Assembly (NCBI GenBank): GCA_964532425.1
Contig: CAZHIA010000008.1
Coordinates: 13,224 to 77,223 of the forward strand
From: an uncultured Candidatus Saccharibacteria bacterium
GTDB lineage: Bacteria > Patescibacteriota > Doudnabacteria > UBA920
Length of the DNA stretch: 64,000 nucleotides
Direction: 5' to 3'
Shown: positions 28,582-37,622 of the stretch, piece after piece
How the letters are laid out: every line of letters begins with the position of its first letter
Numbering within the stretch: position 1 is the stretch's first letter
Program-made: the position numbers and the translations under genes
Notes under the pieces: model-generated
The model's input: only the letters and a program-made list of their open reading frames with translations
The model's database searches: none
Told to the model about the DNA's origin: nothing

Positions 28582-28609
28582 AAAAAACCCCGGCGGGGTG
28601 CCGGGGGTC
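28582..28609 (-). terminator. Intrinsic terminator in the glnII leader
   Basis: Minus strand GACCCCCGGC-ACCCC-GCCGGGG-TTTTTT, directly after the uORF stop. Confidence 0.75.
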
Positions 28610-28684
28610 TTAAAAACGCGCAGAGATGGTCGAGCGGGTGGAAGAGGAATGATCAATACAGATTGTTCGGTAGGGTGTAAACAT
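28610..28684 (-). CDS. Putative leaderless leader peptide (24 aa) upstream of glnII
   Basis: MFTPYRTICIDHSSSTRSTISARF*; ATG lies 7 nt after TTGCAT-17-TATTAT. Confidence 0.45.
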   Translation of the reverse strand: MFTPYRTICIDHSSSTRSTISARF

Positions 28685-28781
28685 ATAAAAAATAATACCA
28701 AGATAAAAATATTAATGCAATGGGGAGAACTTCCAAATAAAAAACAGCCGTTTTTGCGGCTGTTTTTATCTGCGCATCTAG

Positions 28782-29183
28782 CTATTGCGGTGGCAGCTGG
28801 ACGGGTTCTGAAACAGAACGTTTCTTTAAAGTCAGTCCCATGGCTATAGGGATCATGGGAATAAGCAGGTAGGTCAAACCAATGTCTTTAATGTAGTCGG
28901 CTACGGACATCTTCATGGGGCCCCAGTTAAAGAAGAACTGGTCGATGACTAGACTGGTCAGTAGCCAGATTATGCCGCTCTGCAAGCCAACTCGCAGGGG
29001 GCTGCCGGTGCTTTCTCGGAACTGCCTGACCGACATCCAGCAGGTAACAAACGTGATCACGACCGGCATGATCGATTCGAACAGTGCACGCTGGTTCTCC
29101 CGCAAAGGGAATGCCAGGATTCCAGCAATGAACGCTATGGCCCAAATTGCCAGACCGTAAATGAATGTATGCTTATAGGACAT
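28782..29183 (-). CDS. Small integral membrane protein
   Basis: Four hydrophobic segments; LFESIMPV and YIKDIGLTYL. Confidence 0.75.
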   Translation of the reverse strand: MSYKHTFIYGLAIWAIAFIAGILAFPLRENQRALFESIMPVVITFVTCWMSVRQFRESTGSPLRVGLQSGIIWLLTSLVIDQFFFNWGPMKMSVADYIKDIGLTYLLIPMIPIAMGLTLKKRSVSEPVQLPPQ

Positions 29184-29227
29184 GTTTATAGAATGAATGG
29201 TTGTTTACAGTATATCAGAAAAATTCC

Positions 29228-29875
29228 TTATATTGAACGTATTTCTCCGTAGATGGCGAATGGTTTTCCAAGGTCGAACGCCCAAAGCTGGTTGCCGTAA
29301 TCGAAGTGCCACCATTCTTCTTGATATTCATGGAAACCGGCGGCTTCCATAGCCTCGCGCAGGAGTTTGCGGTTGTTTTGGACGGTTTGGTCGATGGAAT
29401 GCTCGTCAAAGTACCGCGAGCGGGCAGCGGGTCCGAAAAAATCGAAACCTGTTCCCATGTCGAGTTCCTGTCCGTTCGCATCAACCAGCGTGAGATCGAC
29501 CGCCCCGCCCGTGGCATGGGGTGGAATAATTGCCTGGTCAGAGGCACTCGCGATATAGATTGTTGCCTCTGTTTCGATTTTTTCTTGCGGCCATTCCGGA
29601 TGCTGCGCACGTAAATGGTCAAAATATTTTCGGTACAATGCATCCTGCACGCCTCTTGGGCGGTAGCCGTCCCAAATTTTCAGTTTATAATTACCCAGGG
29701 ATTGCTGTGCAGTTACCAGCTTTTCCGCGGCACCCTCCCTGAGCAGGATCCTACGTTCCGCGGTCAGGCCCGTACGGAAGTACCGCGGCTCGAGGACAAA
29801 ATCGAAAATGGCAAGATCCACGAGTGGTTCATTGTTGTCGCGGATGGGAATGGATGAAGGGCTTTGGTCGCTCAT
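29228..29875 (-). CDS. D-Ala-D-Ala dipeptidase (VanX/M15D family)
   Basis: IWDGYRP, PPHATGGAVDLTL, LDMGTGFD, EWWHFDYG; TATAAT 6 nt before the ATG. Confidence 0.92.
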   Translation of the reverse strand: MSDQSPSSIPIRDNNEPLVDLAIFDFVLEPRYFRTGLTAERRILLREGAAEKLVTAQQSLGNYKLKIWDGYRPRGVQDALYRKYFDHLRAQHPEWPQEKIETEATIYIASASDQAIIPPHATGGAVDLTLVDANGQELDMGTGFDFFGPAARSRYFDEHSIDQTVQNNRKLLREAMEAAGFHEYQEEWWHFDYGNQLWAFDLGKPFAIYGEIRSI

Positions 29876-29978
29876 GGAAGTATTATACAGCAATCGTAAG
29901 GAGTGGTGTTTCCGGTCGCGGTTTTCGTCTGGTATAATTGTTTCAGTAATGCTTACCAGAAGCAAAGTAACTATACAT

Positions 29979-30818
29979 ATGAATTTTAATATCGCTCATC
30001 GGCCCAAGATCGGACTGGCTCTCGGCAGCGGGGGAGCCAGGGGACTTTCGATTATTGGCGTGCTGAAAGTGCTGGAAGCCGAAAAGATTCCCATCGACTG
30101 CATTGCCGGGTCGAGCATTGGCGCCATGATCGGCGGTTTTTACGCGGCCGGCCTCACTGTGTCCGAAATAGAAAAGATCGCGCTCAATACCAACTGGAAA
30201 CTAATGTTTTCTCTGCTCGATCCGCACATGAGGGATGGTCTCATCGGCGGCGAAAAAGTAAAGAAATTCATTGAGGATCATCTCGGGAAAAAGACTTTTG
30301 CCGAGTGTCGGCTCCCCTTTGCCGCGGTCGCCACCGACCTCAAGAGCGGGGAAGAAGTTGTGATGGATGCCGGCGATCTGGCCAGTGCCATTCGGGCGAG
30401 TATATCCGTACCGCTCGTGTTCCAGCCGGTTAAGCGGGAGGAACGGGTTTTGGCCGACGGCGGTCTTTCCTTGCCTGTACCGGTAAGTCCAGCCCGGCGT
30501 TTGGGGGCGGACTTTGTGATTGCGGTGAATCTCGATAATTATAGTGCTGAGAAGGACGGGAAACTCGGGCTGTATGATGTAGCGGATATGTCCCTAAGTA
30601 TCGTGCGTCATCAGCTGGCCATGCGAGATTGCAGAGATGCAGACCTGACCATTGCTCCCAACGTTTCCAAAACCGGCTGGCACCAGTTCTTGGACGGCAA
30701 GGATTTGGTCGAGGCTGGAGAAAAAGCTGCCATGTCCTTAATGCCCCAGCTGCACGAACTTCTCCATCGCCATACGGGTATGCATTTGGATAAGTTCTTG
30801 AAGTTCTTTGAAGGGTAA
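29979..30818 (+). CDS. Patatin-like phospholipase (RssA-like)
   Basis: LALGSGGARG, GSSIGA, ATDL, RASISVP, ADGG. Confidence 0.92.
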   Translation: MNFNIAHRPKIGLALGSGGARGLSIIGVLKVLEAEKIPIDCIAGSSIGAMIGGFYAAGLTVSEIEKIALNTNWKLMFSLLDPHMRDGLIGGEKVKKFIEDHLGKKTFAECRLPFAAVATDLKSGEEVVMDAGDLASAIRASISVPLVFQPVKREERVLADGGLSLPVPVSPARRLGADFVIAVNLDNYSAEKDGKLGLYDVADMSLSIVRHQLAMRDCRDADLTIAPNVSKTGWHQFLDGKDLVEAGEKAAMSLMPQLHELLHRHTGMHLDKFLKFFEG

Positions 30819-30943
30819 TCGTCAGTTTTGGTGAATATGTTGTACAACGATTTGTACTGCCATGACTTCAGTTGACAATGTGAAGCGTGAGTATAATAAA
30901 ACGCGCGTCTGCGCGTTTTATTAGTCGTGTTATTAGAACAGGC

Positions 30944-31729
30944 TTAGCGGGTGGATTTTCCCCACAATGACTCAAATAGTGTTTTGAAGTTGTCCGCCAA
31001 ATGTTGGTTGGTGATTTTTATGCCGACCAAGTTGTTCTGTTCCATGGAGAGAATGCTGGTAATGTCGCCAATGATATACATGGCGAATTGTTTGACGGCA
31101 TGCTGTTTGGGTAGGAATCGGAATTCCAGCGCTTTCTTGGTCTGGTAGAGCTTGTTTGATCGGGCCTCGACGGGGGAGCGGTTAACCAGTAGTTTGGTAT
31201 GGATATTCTTTTCGATCTTGAGCCGTTTGACCCGGTCGTGCCAGTCCTGCGCAAAGATAAATTCCCAATCTTTTTGCCAGACGAACTCATCGCGCAATAA
31301 ATAGAGGGTGGATTCAGGCGGGGCTTCCCGCATCATGGAAAGGTAAACTTTCTTGAGTCCTTCCTGGCCTTCGAAGATCACCACTTGCGGCACGTTCAGG
31401 CCTTTCCTACCAAACATGGTAAAGGTATCTTTCAGCGCTTCTAGCATCTTGAACTTGCCGTCAAGTTCATTCTTTTCTTTTTGGAGAAGCTGTTCCAGGG
31501 TTGTATGGTCCTGGGCAATGAACTGTTTGACGTTATTTTTGTAGGTGGTTGACACGAGACCCTTCGCGGTCAGTGCATGGAGGGTGGTGTAGACGCTGCT
31601 GCGCGAGAGGTTGCATTTTTTCGCGATGTACGTGGCGCCGGCAGGGGAGGACTGCAAAAGCACGGCATAGATGAGTGCCTCGTAGTCGGAAAGCCCGAGC
31701 TGCTTGAATTGTTGGGTGACTTGGTCCAT
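30944..31729 (-). CDS. TrmB family transcriptional regulator
   Basis: LGLSDYEALIYAVLL...SRSSVYTTLHALTAKGLV, IFEGQEG. Confidence 0.9.
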   Translation of the reverse strand: MDQVTQQFKQLGLSDYEALIYAVLLQSSPAGATYIAKKCNLSRSSVYTTLHALTAKGLVSTTYKNNVKQFIAQDHTTLEQLLQKEKNELDGKFKMLEALKDTFTMFGRKGLNVPQVVIFEGQEGLKKVYLSMMREAPPESTLYLLRDEFVWQKDWEFIFAQDWHDRVKRLKIEKNIHTKLLVNRSPVEARSNKLYQTKKALEFRFLPKQHAVKQFAMYIIGDITSILSMEQNNLVGIKITNQHLADNFKTLFESLWGKSTR

Positions 31730-31740
31730 ATAGATTCTGT

Positions 31741-31776
31741 TGTCGGAATTGTACGACACATTGTACAATCTTGTCA
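31741..31776. promoter_or_regulatory. Palindromic operator overlapping the trmB promoter
   Basis: TGTCG-N8-CGACA (31741-31758) overlaps the -10 of a minus-strand TTGACA-18-TACAAT; TTGTACAA palindrome adjacent. Confidence 0.55.
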
Positions 31777-31824
31777 ACCGCGATATGGTGAGGGTGGTAC
31801 ATTCGAAAATCAAGGAGGCAGTGT

Positions 31825-33267
31825 ATGGGACAGCCGGGTTTTACCTCAGCACCGATTATTCAGCAGCAGGAGTTGACCTGGAAATGTAATAACTCCTGCG
31901 CGTTTTGTTACAATCCGGAACGCTGCGTGGAGCAGTTCCAACCGCGCGCGAGCGACCGGAAGTGCAATGTGGCCGTAGCCGAAGAATCGGTAAAACGGGG
32001 AGTTATGGCAGTCTGCCCGACCGGCGGCGAACCGTTGCTTGTCGGAGATCATTTGTTCGAGATACTTGATATCTACAAGCAGGCCGGGTGCTATACCAGT
32101 ATCAATACGAACGGTCGGCTAGTGACAGAAGTGAATGCGGGCAAGCTGGCGCAGGCCAAGCTCAACACGGCACTGGTCTCCATTCATGGGGTTGGCGAGC
32201 TCCACGACCGGATGGTTGGCATCCCTGGTGCGTTCGCAGAAACCCTTGGTGGAATTGAGCGACTGCGCGGCCAGGGAGTGTCAGTCACTCCCAATTTCGT
32301 GGCTACGGCCAAGAACATTTCGGGACTGCGCCCGGTAGGGCAGCTGCTGGCAATCCATGGCCTGAAGGCTATGACAGTCACGCCTTTTCTACCTTCGTGG
32401 GGATCGCAGGGACATTGCGGATTTGTGCTGCAGACCGCAGACTATCGTGCCTACTTTGAAGCCATACGGTACATTCGGACACTTGGCGTGACGATTGATT
32501 CCACGTTGCCTATCCCGCCGTGCGTACTGGTGCGGCATTTTCCTCAAAACTGGCAAGAGTATCTCGACGTGCATTCCCCCCGGGTCTGCATGGCCGGACG
32601 CTCGTTCGGTGTCGTCTCGCCGGATGGCAAGTTCCGGGCCTGTATCCAGGCGCCCTATTTGGTAGACTTCGGGGGATTGGTTACAGAGAGTTATTCGGCG
32701 AGCTGGCGTAGAGCGAATGGGTGGGCGGATCTTACCATGATCCCTGATGCGTGCCGCGACTGTGCCGCTCTGGATGTGTGCGGTGGTGGATGTCGGACTA
32801 GCTGTATGTGGGAAAATAACGGCTCGGTGACCGGGTCGACCATGTATATGGGAAAGCCGTTAACTTCGCAGGAAGCCCGGCCTTTTCTCGATCGGGTAGT
32901 GTGGACAGGGGAGCTGCCGGCAGGCACCTGCTTCCGCTTGGCCGAAGGAGTAAAAGTGAGGGATGAAGGCTGGGGTGTGATCGCTTGTAATCCTGCATAC
33001 CAGTCGTTTACCGTTCTCTCCCCGGAAGCACGATCCTATCTCAATCGGGGAGTGGTATACACCTTCAATTCTCAAAAGATTGCCCGGGTACTGTCCGCCA
33101 TCAAGGCGATCGAGCCCGTGAGTAGTATTGGGCAGGTTGCGCAGTGGCCGGATACTATTTCCGTCCTGCCGGGCAATATCCTGCTCCCGCGTCTGGCGCG
33201 GCATTTAACCGATTCAGGTCATATTTACTGCCTGCGGGCAGATACGGGAGAGAGGTATTTCTTTTAA
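31825..33267 (+). CDS. Radical SAM/SPASM protein with C-terminal RRE/PqqD-like extension
   Basis: CNNSCAFC, TGGEPLL, NTNG, CMAGRSFGVVSPDGKFRAC, CRDC..LDVCGGGCRTSC. Confidence 0.88.
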   Translation: MGQPGFTSAPIIQQQELTWKCNNSCAFCYNPERCVEQFQPRASDRKCNVAVAEESVKRGVMAVCPTGGEPLLVGDHLFEILDIYKQAGCYTSINTNGRLVTEVNAGKLAQAKLNTALVSIHGVGELHDRMVGIPGAFAETLGGIERLRGQGVSVTPNFVATAKNISGLRPVGQLLAIHGLKAMTVTPFLPSWGSQGHCGFVLQTADYRAYFEAIRYIRTLGVTIDSTLPIPPCVLVRHFPQNWQEYLDVHSPRVCMAGRSFGVVSPDGKFRACIQAPYLVDFGGLVTESYSASWRRANGWADLTMIPDACRDCAALDVCGGGCRTSCMWENNGSVTGSTMYMGKPLTSQEARPFLDRVVWTGELPAGTCFRLAEGVKVRDEGWGVIACNPAYQSFTVLSPEARSYLNRGVVYTFNSQKIARVLSAIKAIEPVSSIGQVAQWPDTISVLPGNILLPRLARHLTDSGHIYCLRADTGERYFF

Positions 33268-33350
33268 AGGGGGATTAGAGCCAAGAGAAAATTACAATCA
33301 AAAAGAGCAATGGGAATTCCCATTGCTCTTTAATTTGTTGTGGTTCCAGG

Positions 33351-33707
33351 CTATTGCTTCGGTTCAACTACCACTGCCGTACCGTAAGCAAGGACTTCGG
33401 TGACGCCGCCCATGATTTCCGTGGCATCGTAGCGCGCGCCAATGACGGCGTTGGCGCCCATTTCGCCTGCGTGGTCCAGCATGAGATTGAATGCGTCTTC
33501 GCGGGTTTTTTCGCAGAGCTCGGTATAGAGGGAAATGTTGCCCCCTACGATTGTCTGGAGTGCTGCTCCGATATTACCTATCACGGATCGCGACCGGACA
33601 ATAATGCCCCGGGAAACCCCAAGGGTTTTCACAATTCGGAAATTGTCCAATTCAAACCCTGTCGTGACCATAGTGTGGCTGACCGGAGCTTTGGGAGTGG
33701 TTTCCAT
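33351..33707 (-). CDS. YbjQ/UPF0145 family protein
   Basis: [20 protein letters not shown]. Confidence 0.92.
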   Translation of the reverse strand: METTPKAPVSHTMVTTGFELDNFRIVKTLGVSRGIIVRSRSVIGNIGAALQTIVGGNISLYTELCEKTREDAFNLMLDHAGEMGANAVIGARYDATEIMGGVTEVLAYGTAVVVEPKQ

Positions 33708-33809
33708 ATATTTGTACAGTTAATAACTGGTTTGATTGTAGCACGTTTTATCTCCTGGTGGATTTCAGAACGATATACCCGTGTGCAATTATTGTGTTAT
33801 CATATGGTC

Positions 33810-34541
33810 ATGAAAAACATAAGCCACGTGGACCCTGTTGCGTTGAGTAAATTCATTAATATCTTGAGGGGGCATCTTGCCTCAAAGGGGTTTTTTGAAT
33901 ATCATTTGTATTCCACTCAGGATTACAAGATAGAAGGTGCTCGAACTTTTCAAATTAAGCCGGAGCTTTATTTGCGTTATAATCCTGAACCGGACATTTG
34001 GCAGATAGGAAATCAGTTCGATAAATTTTTTTGGATAGGGAGCATGTATCGTGACGAGGAGCGGTTGACTCGGTTCCACCGGTATGAATTTACAGTTATG
34101 GACGTGTATATGAGCAATGGTAAAGTGCGGGATGTGGTAGGTTATTTTATCGAATACCTTAAAGTTTTGGAGAAAGGATTGAAGCTCAAAAATAAACTTT
34201 CTCGACTACCAGTCAAATTTTGCAAATACAAGGAGTTTAAAATGCTCACTAGGACCGAAAAAGAAAGAGCATGGTACGTAGTAACCGGTTATCCAAAAGA
34301 CGAGTCTTTCTATGATGAGCTGGAAGCTGGTGGGGATGCTACGAGGAAATTTGAGATATTCCATTATAGTACGGGTAGAGTGTTAGAGATTGCGGCTTGC
34401 GGGATCTTGGGAGAAAATCATAATCCGAAGATGTTTGTCAGGGACGGTAAAAAGTTTTTACAGGGAGAAGTCTTAAGAAAAAAATTTGTAGGCTTTGGCA
34501 TGGGCATTGAGAGGCTTATGTATTTATATTGCATGAATTAG
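33810..34541 (+). CDS. Stand-alone class II aminoacyl-tRNA synthetase catalytic domain (LysRS/AsnRS/EpmA-like)
   Basis: Motif 2-like IGSMYRDE..RFHRYEFTVMD, motif 3 GFGMGIERL; no anticodon-binding domain; 243 aa. Confidence 0.75.
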   Translation: MKNISHVDPVALSKFINILRGHLASKGFFEYHLYSTQDYKIEGARTFQIKPELYLRYNPEPDIWQIGNQFDKFFWIGSMYRDEERLTRFHRYEFTVMDVYMSNGKVRDVVGYFIEYLKVLEKGLKLKNKLSRLPVKFCKYKEFKMLTRTEKERAWYVVTGYPKDESFYDELEAGGDATRKFEIFHYSTGRVLEIAACGILGENHNPKMFVRDGKKFLQGEVLRKKFVGFGMGIERLMYLYCMN

Positions 34542-34556
34542 GTTGGTGTTGACTAC

Positions 34557-34592
34557 AAAATACCCTATGGTCTTTAGACCATAGGGTATTTT
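34557..34592. terminator. Bidirectional terminator
   Basis: AAAATACCCTATGGTCT-TT-AGACCATAGGGTATTTT between convergent genes. Confidence 0.8.
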
Positions 34593-34593
34593 A

Positions 34594-34683
34594 TGGCGGA
34601 GAGAGGGGGATTCGAACCCCCGAGGCCCTTTCGAACCTACTTGCTTTCCAAGCAAGCGCACTCGACCACTATGCGATCTCTCC
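34594..34683 (-). tRNA. tRNA-Ser(GGA)
   Basis: GGAGAGA acceptor stem, CTTGC-TT-GGA-AA-GCAAG anticodon arm, long variable arm, GGTTCGAATCC, encoded CCA. Confidence 0.96.
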
Positions 34684-34777
34684 AGAACGCCTAATTGCTC
34701 AATAATTCTAGCATCATTACGACAATTTGCCAAGGTTGCTTAAGCTGCGGTTTTTCTGGTACAGTGAAAGTAGGAAT

Positions 34778-35359
34778 ATGCAATATTTAAACGAAAAAAT
34801 CCTTAAAGCGTTCCAATTCGCAGCCATTGCCCATACGGGCCAAAAGCGGAAAGATCCTTTTGCAACCCCCTATTTTTCCCATCCGGCGGCTGTGGCCATG
34901 GTCCTCGCCAGGGCCGGTTTTAGCGATGAACTGGTGATGGCCGGGGCGCTGCACGATACGATAGAGGATGCTACGGTGACCTTGCCGCAATTACAGCAGG
35001 AATTCGGCGACCATGTGGCGGAATTGGTGTTCGGCGTTACGGAAGATAAAAAGCTCCCCTGGGCTGAACGCAAAAAGGCTTATAACGAAAGCATTGCAAT
35101 CGCTTCCGACGAGGTGAAGATTTTAAGCGCGGCTGATCTTTTGGCGAACTGCACTTCGCTGCTCCTGGTTCTGCAAGCAGGGGTAAACCCATGGCCCAGT
35201 TTTTCGAAAGATCCTAAGGAATATGTCCAGCGTGTTCGCGCAGTCGACCGCCAGCGTCTGGCCTGCATTAAAGAGAACTTCTATCATCCGCTCGTGGACG
35301 AATTGGAGAAGGTGATGGGGGAAGTGGAGAAGCTTACGGATAAACTTAACTGGAATTGA
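34778..35359 (+). CDS. HD-domain small alarmone hydrolase-like protein (Mesh1/SpoT-HD)
   Basis: AHTGQKRK..PYFSHP..ALHDTIED..VTEDK. Confidence 0.85.
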   Translation: MQYLNEKILKAFQFAAIAHTGQKRKDPFATPYFSHPAAVAMVLARAGFSDELVMAGALHDTIEDATVTLPQLQQEFGDHVAELVFGVTEDKKLPWAERKKAYNESIAIASDEVKILSAADLLANCTSLLLVLQAGVNPWPSFSKDPKEYVQRVRAVDRQRLACIKENFYHPLVDELEKVMGEVEKLTDKLNWN

Positions 35360-35515
35360 CAAAATTTAAATAATTTAAAAAATTGACAAAAACGGCAAAC
35401 GATAATTTCTTTAGATAGCTGCCGTCCCGAGCACGCGAGGGATCCCTCACTGCGTTCGGGACGACCTGAAGGTCGTTTTGCTCAATTTTGTCAATTATGT
35501 CATTTTTGTCAATAT
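35355..35515. repeat. Inverted TTGACAAAA-type repeat arms with a nested REP-like hairpin (35421-35465)
   Basis: AATTGACAAAA repeats on the left, TTTTGTCAAT on the right; GTCCCGAG...TTCGGGAC inside. Confidence 0.65.
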
Positions 35516-35520
35516 AACTT

Positions 35521-37311
35521 ATGTCCGATACTACCATCCAAGAAATTAAAGACCGGCTGAATATTGTCGATGTCATCTCGAGTTATATCCAGGTCAAGCG
35601 CGCCGGGACGTATTTTAAAGCACTCTGCCCTTTCCATAACGAAAAGACGGCGAGCTTTAGCATATCTCCCCAGCGTCAGGTCTGGCACTGTTTCGGCTGC
35701 GGGGAAGGCGGAGACGTGTTCAGTTTCGTCCAGAAGTACGAGAATATGGAGTTTCGGGATGTTTTGAAAATCCTGGCTGACCGGGCCGGGGTCAAATTGC
35801 CCGAGTACCACCCTCAAGACAAGCACTTGGAGGATGAAAAAGAGCGCCTTGTTCGCATTAATGCGTTTGCCGCCCGGTTTTACCACGAACTGCTGCTCAA
35901 AGACCGGCGCGCCCAGGGCGCCCGGGAATACCTGCAAAGGCGCGGATTGAACGAAGCGACCATTAAACAATGGCAGGTCGGCTATGCTCCCGACGAGTTC
36001 CATGCCTTGGAGCAGGCGCTGCTGACCAAGAAGGTTCCGCTTGCCGACTTGGTCAAAGCCGGTGTTTCTACCCGCAATGAGCGTGGCCAGGTGTATGACC
36101 GGTTTCGCGACCGGGTGACGTTTCCGATCTTTAATTATGTGGGAGACATCGTCGGTTTCTCCGCCCGCACCTTGCATGAGAAAGATTCTAAAGGGCAGCC
36201 CGTCGCTAAATATGTGAACTCGCCTGAGACGCCGGTGTATAACAAGAGCCGCGTGCTATTCGGGCTCAATTTTGCAAAACAGAGCATCCGTAAGCAGGAC
36301 GAAGTGGTAATAGTGGAAGGACAGATGGACTGCATTCAGGCGCACCAGGCGGGCTTCACAAATATCGTCGCCACCAGCGGCACTGCCCTGACCGAATACC
36401 AGTTGGACCTGCTTTCCCGGCAGACCAAAAATATGAAGTTTTGTTTTGATGCCGACGCAGCTGGCCTGAAGGCAATGCGCCGGGTATTGGAATTGTATTT
36501 TGGCAAGGATTTGGTCATTAAGGTGGTGCCGCTTGTCGGGGCCAAGGATCCCGACGAGCTCATTAAAAAAGACCCGGCGGAATTCGCGCGCTTGGTGGCC
36601 GGGGCGCCTCTGTTCCTTGATTACTATATCGAGCAGGCATTCGTGGCTTTTCATGGCGATTCCATCGAGCAGAAAAAAACCATAGCTAAGGAGCTGCTAC
36701 CGCTTATAGGCCATTTGTCCGATCCGATAGAGCTCGATCATTACCTGACCGTGTTGTCAGAAAAACTCGGTACCCCTACGGATGTCTTGAAGCAGGCTCT
36801 CGAACGCGGTGCCAAGCCGAAAAAGCCGTCCGGGGCCCGGCCTCCTGAGGCGCCGGTTGTTTCCCGGAGCGCCCGCTCAAAACAGGATGACCAGCTTGAG
36901 ATGCAAGTGCTCGGCGGTATGCTCAGGTTTGCCGAGTTCAGGCAGATTGTCGCAGCGGAAGGGGACATTCTGGATTTCGGCAATCCTGAAATTAAAAGTG
37001 CAGCCGAGCAGCTCATGAAGACCGGTGGTATGGCTCCGGAGCAGGCACAGAGCGTTCTTGCCAAGGAAGCGGCATTTATGGTAGAATCCCAAGTAACAGA
37101 GGCCGAAGGGAATGATGAGGCTGTGCGCAGAGAGCTGAATAAAGCATTTGCGCTCCTCCGCCTTTCCGGTATAAAAAGAAAACAGAAACAGCTCAATTCA
37201 GAAATAAAAAACACGGAGCAACAAAAGGATAAAACCCACCTTTTGGAGCTCAACCAACAATTCGCCCAGCTGGCCCAGCAGAGGTCTGATCTGGAGAAAA
37301 AATATTTATAG
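35521..37311 (+). CDS. dnaG: DNA primase
   Basis: CPFHNEKTASF, CFGC, DRFRDRVTFPI, KYVNSPET, VEGQMD, FDADAAG, KDPDE. Confidence 0.98.
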   Translation: MSDTTIQEIKDRLNIVDVISSYIQVKRAGTYFKALCPFHNEKTASFSISPQRQVWHCFGCGEGGDVFSFVQKYENMEFRDVLKILADRAGVKLPEYHPQDKHLEDEKERLVRINAFAARFYHELLLKDRRAQGAREYLQRRGLNEATIKQWQVGYAPDEFHALEQALLTKKVPLADLVKAGVSTRNERGQVYDRFRDRVTFPIFNYVGDIVGFSARTLHEKDSKGQPVAKYVNSPETPVYNKSRVLFGLNFAKQSIRKQDEVVIVEGQMDCIQAHQAGFTNIVATSGTALTEYQLDLLSRQTKNMKFCFDADAAGLKAMRRVLELYFGKDLVIKVVPLVGAKDPDELIKKDPAEFARLVAGAPLFLDYYIEQAFVAFHGDSIEQKKTIAKELLPLIGHLSDPIELDHYLTVLSEKLGTPTDVLKQALERGAKPKKPSGARPPEAPVVSRSARSKQDDQLEMQVLGGMLRFAEFRQIVAAEGDILDFGNPEIKSAAEQLMKTGGMAPEQAQSVLAKEAAFMVESQVTEAEGNDEAVRRELNKAFALLRLSGIKRKQKQLNSEIKNTEQQKDKTHLLELNQQFAQLAQQRSDLEKKYL

Positions 37312-37520
37312 GGTGGCAATGCCGCCCGTTTATTCCAGCCGCCCGTTTGGCGGTACCGTATGAGGTTTAAGGCTGTCCCACCGCCACCAATGCGCTGGCG
37401 GATATATGGGATTAGCTGGTCTATTTTTGTCCGTTGCGGTTTTATTAGCGACGTAGGCGAGTCTGTTCTGTCCGCCTAAGGCGGACAAGACAAGCGAGCC
37501 GAGAAGCCAATATAGGTTTA

Positions 37521-37588
37521 ATACTTCGCGGCTTGCCGCGAAAGGGTTGAGAGTTTTGCAGTAATACCCCGCTGCTTGCGGCGGGGAA
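37521..37588. mobile_element. Pair of IS200/IS605-like end hairpins without a transposase (PATE-like remnant)
   Basis: ATACTTCGCGGCTTGCCGCGAA and ATACCCCGCTGCTTGCGGCGGGG in direct orientation. Confidence 0.45.
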
Positions 37589-37622
37589 CCTTTATTAATC
37601 AATTTTTATAGGTTGTATCTTT

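Noticed and set aside
30872-30923. Promoter TTGACA...TATAAT after the patatin gene
   Set aside because: The spacer is only 14 nt and the -10 is part of a terminator hairpin between convergent genes.
33354-33809. N-terminal extension of the 395 aa ORF
   Set aside because: It is antisense to ybjQ; a -10 box precedes the ATG at 33810.
33300-34683. Integrative element at tRNA-Ser
   Set aside because: No integrase, and no duplicated tRNA 3' end found by eye in the window.
37330-37602. 90 aa minus-strand ORF between dnaG and rpoD
   Set aside because: Built from palindromic repeats, antisense to the operon, with no recognisable motif.
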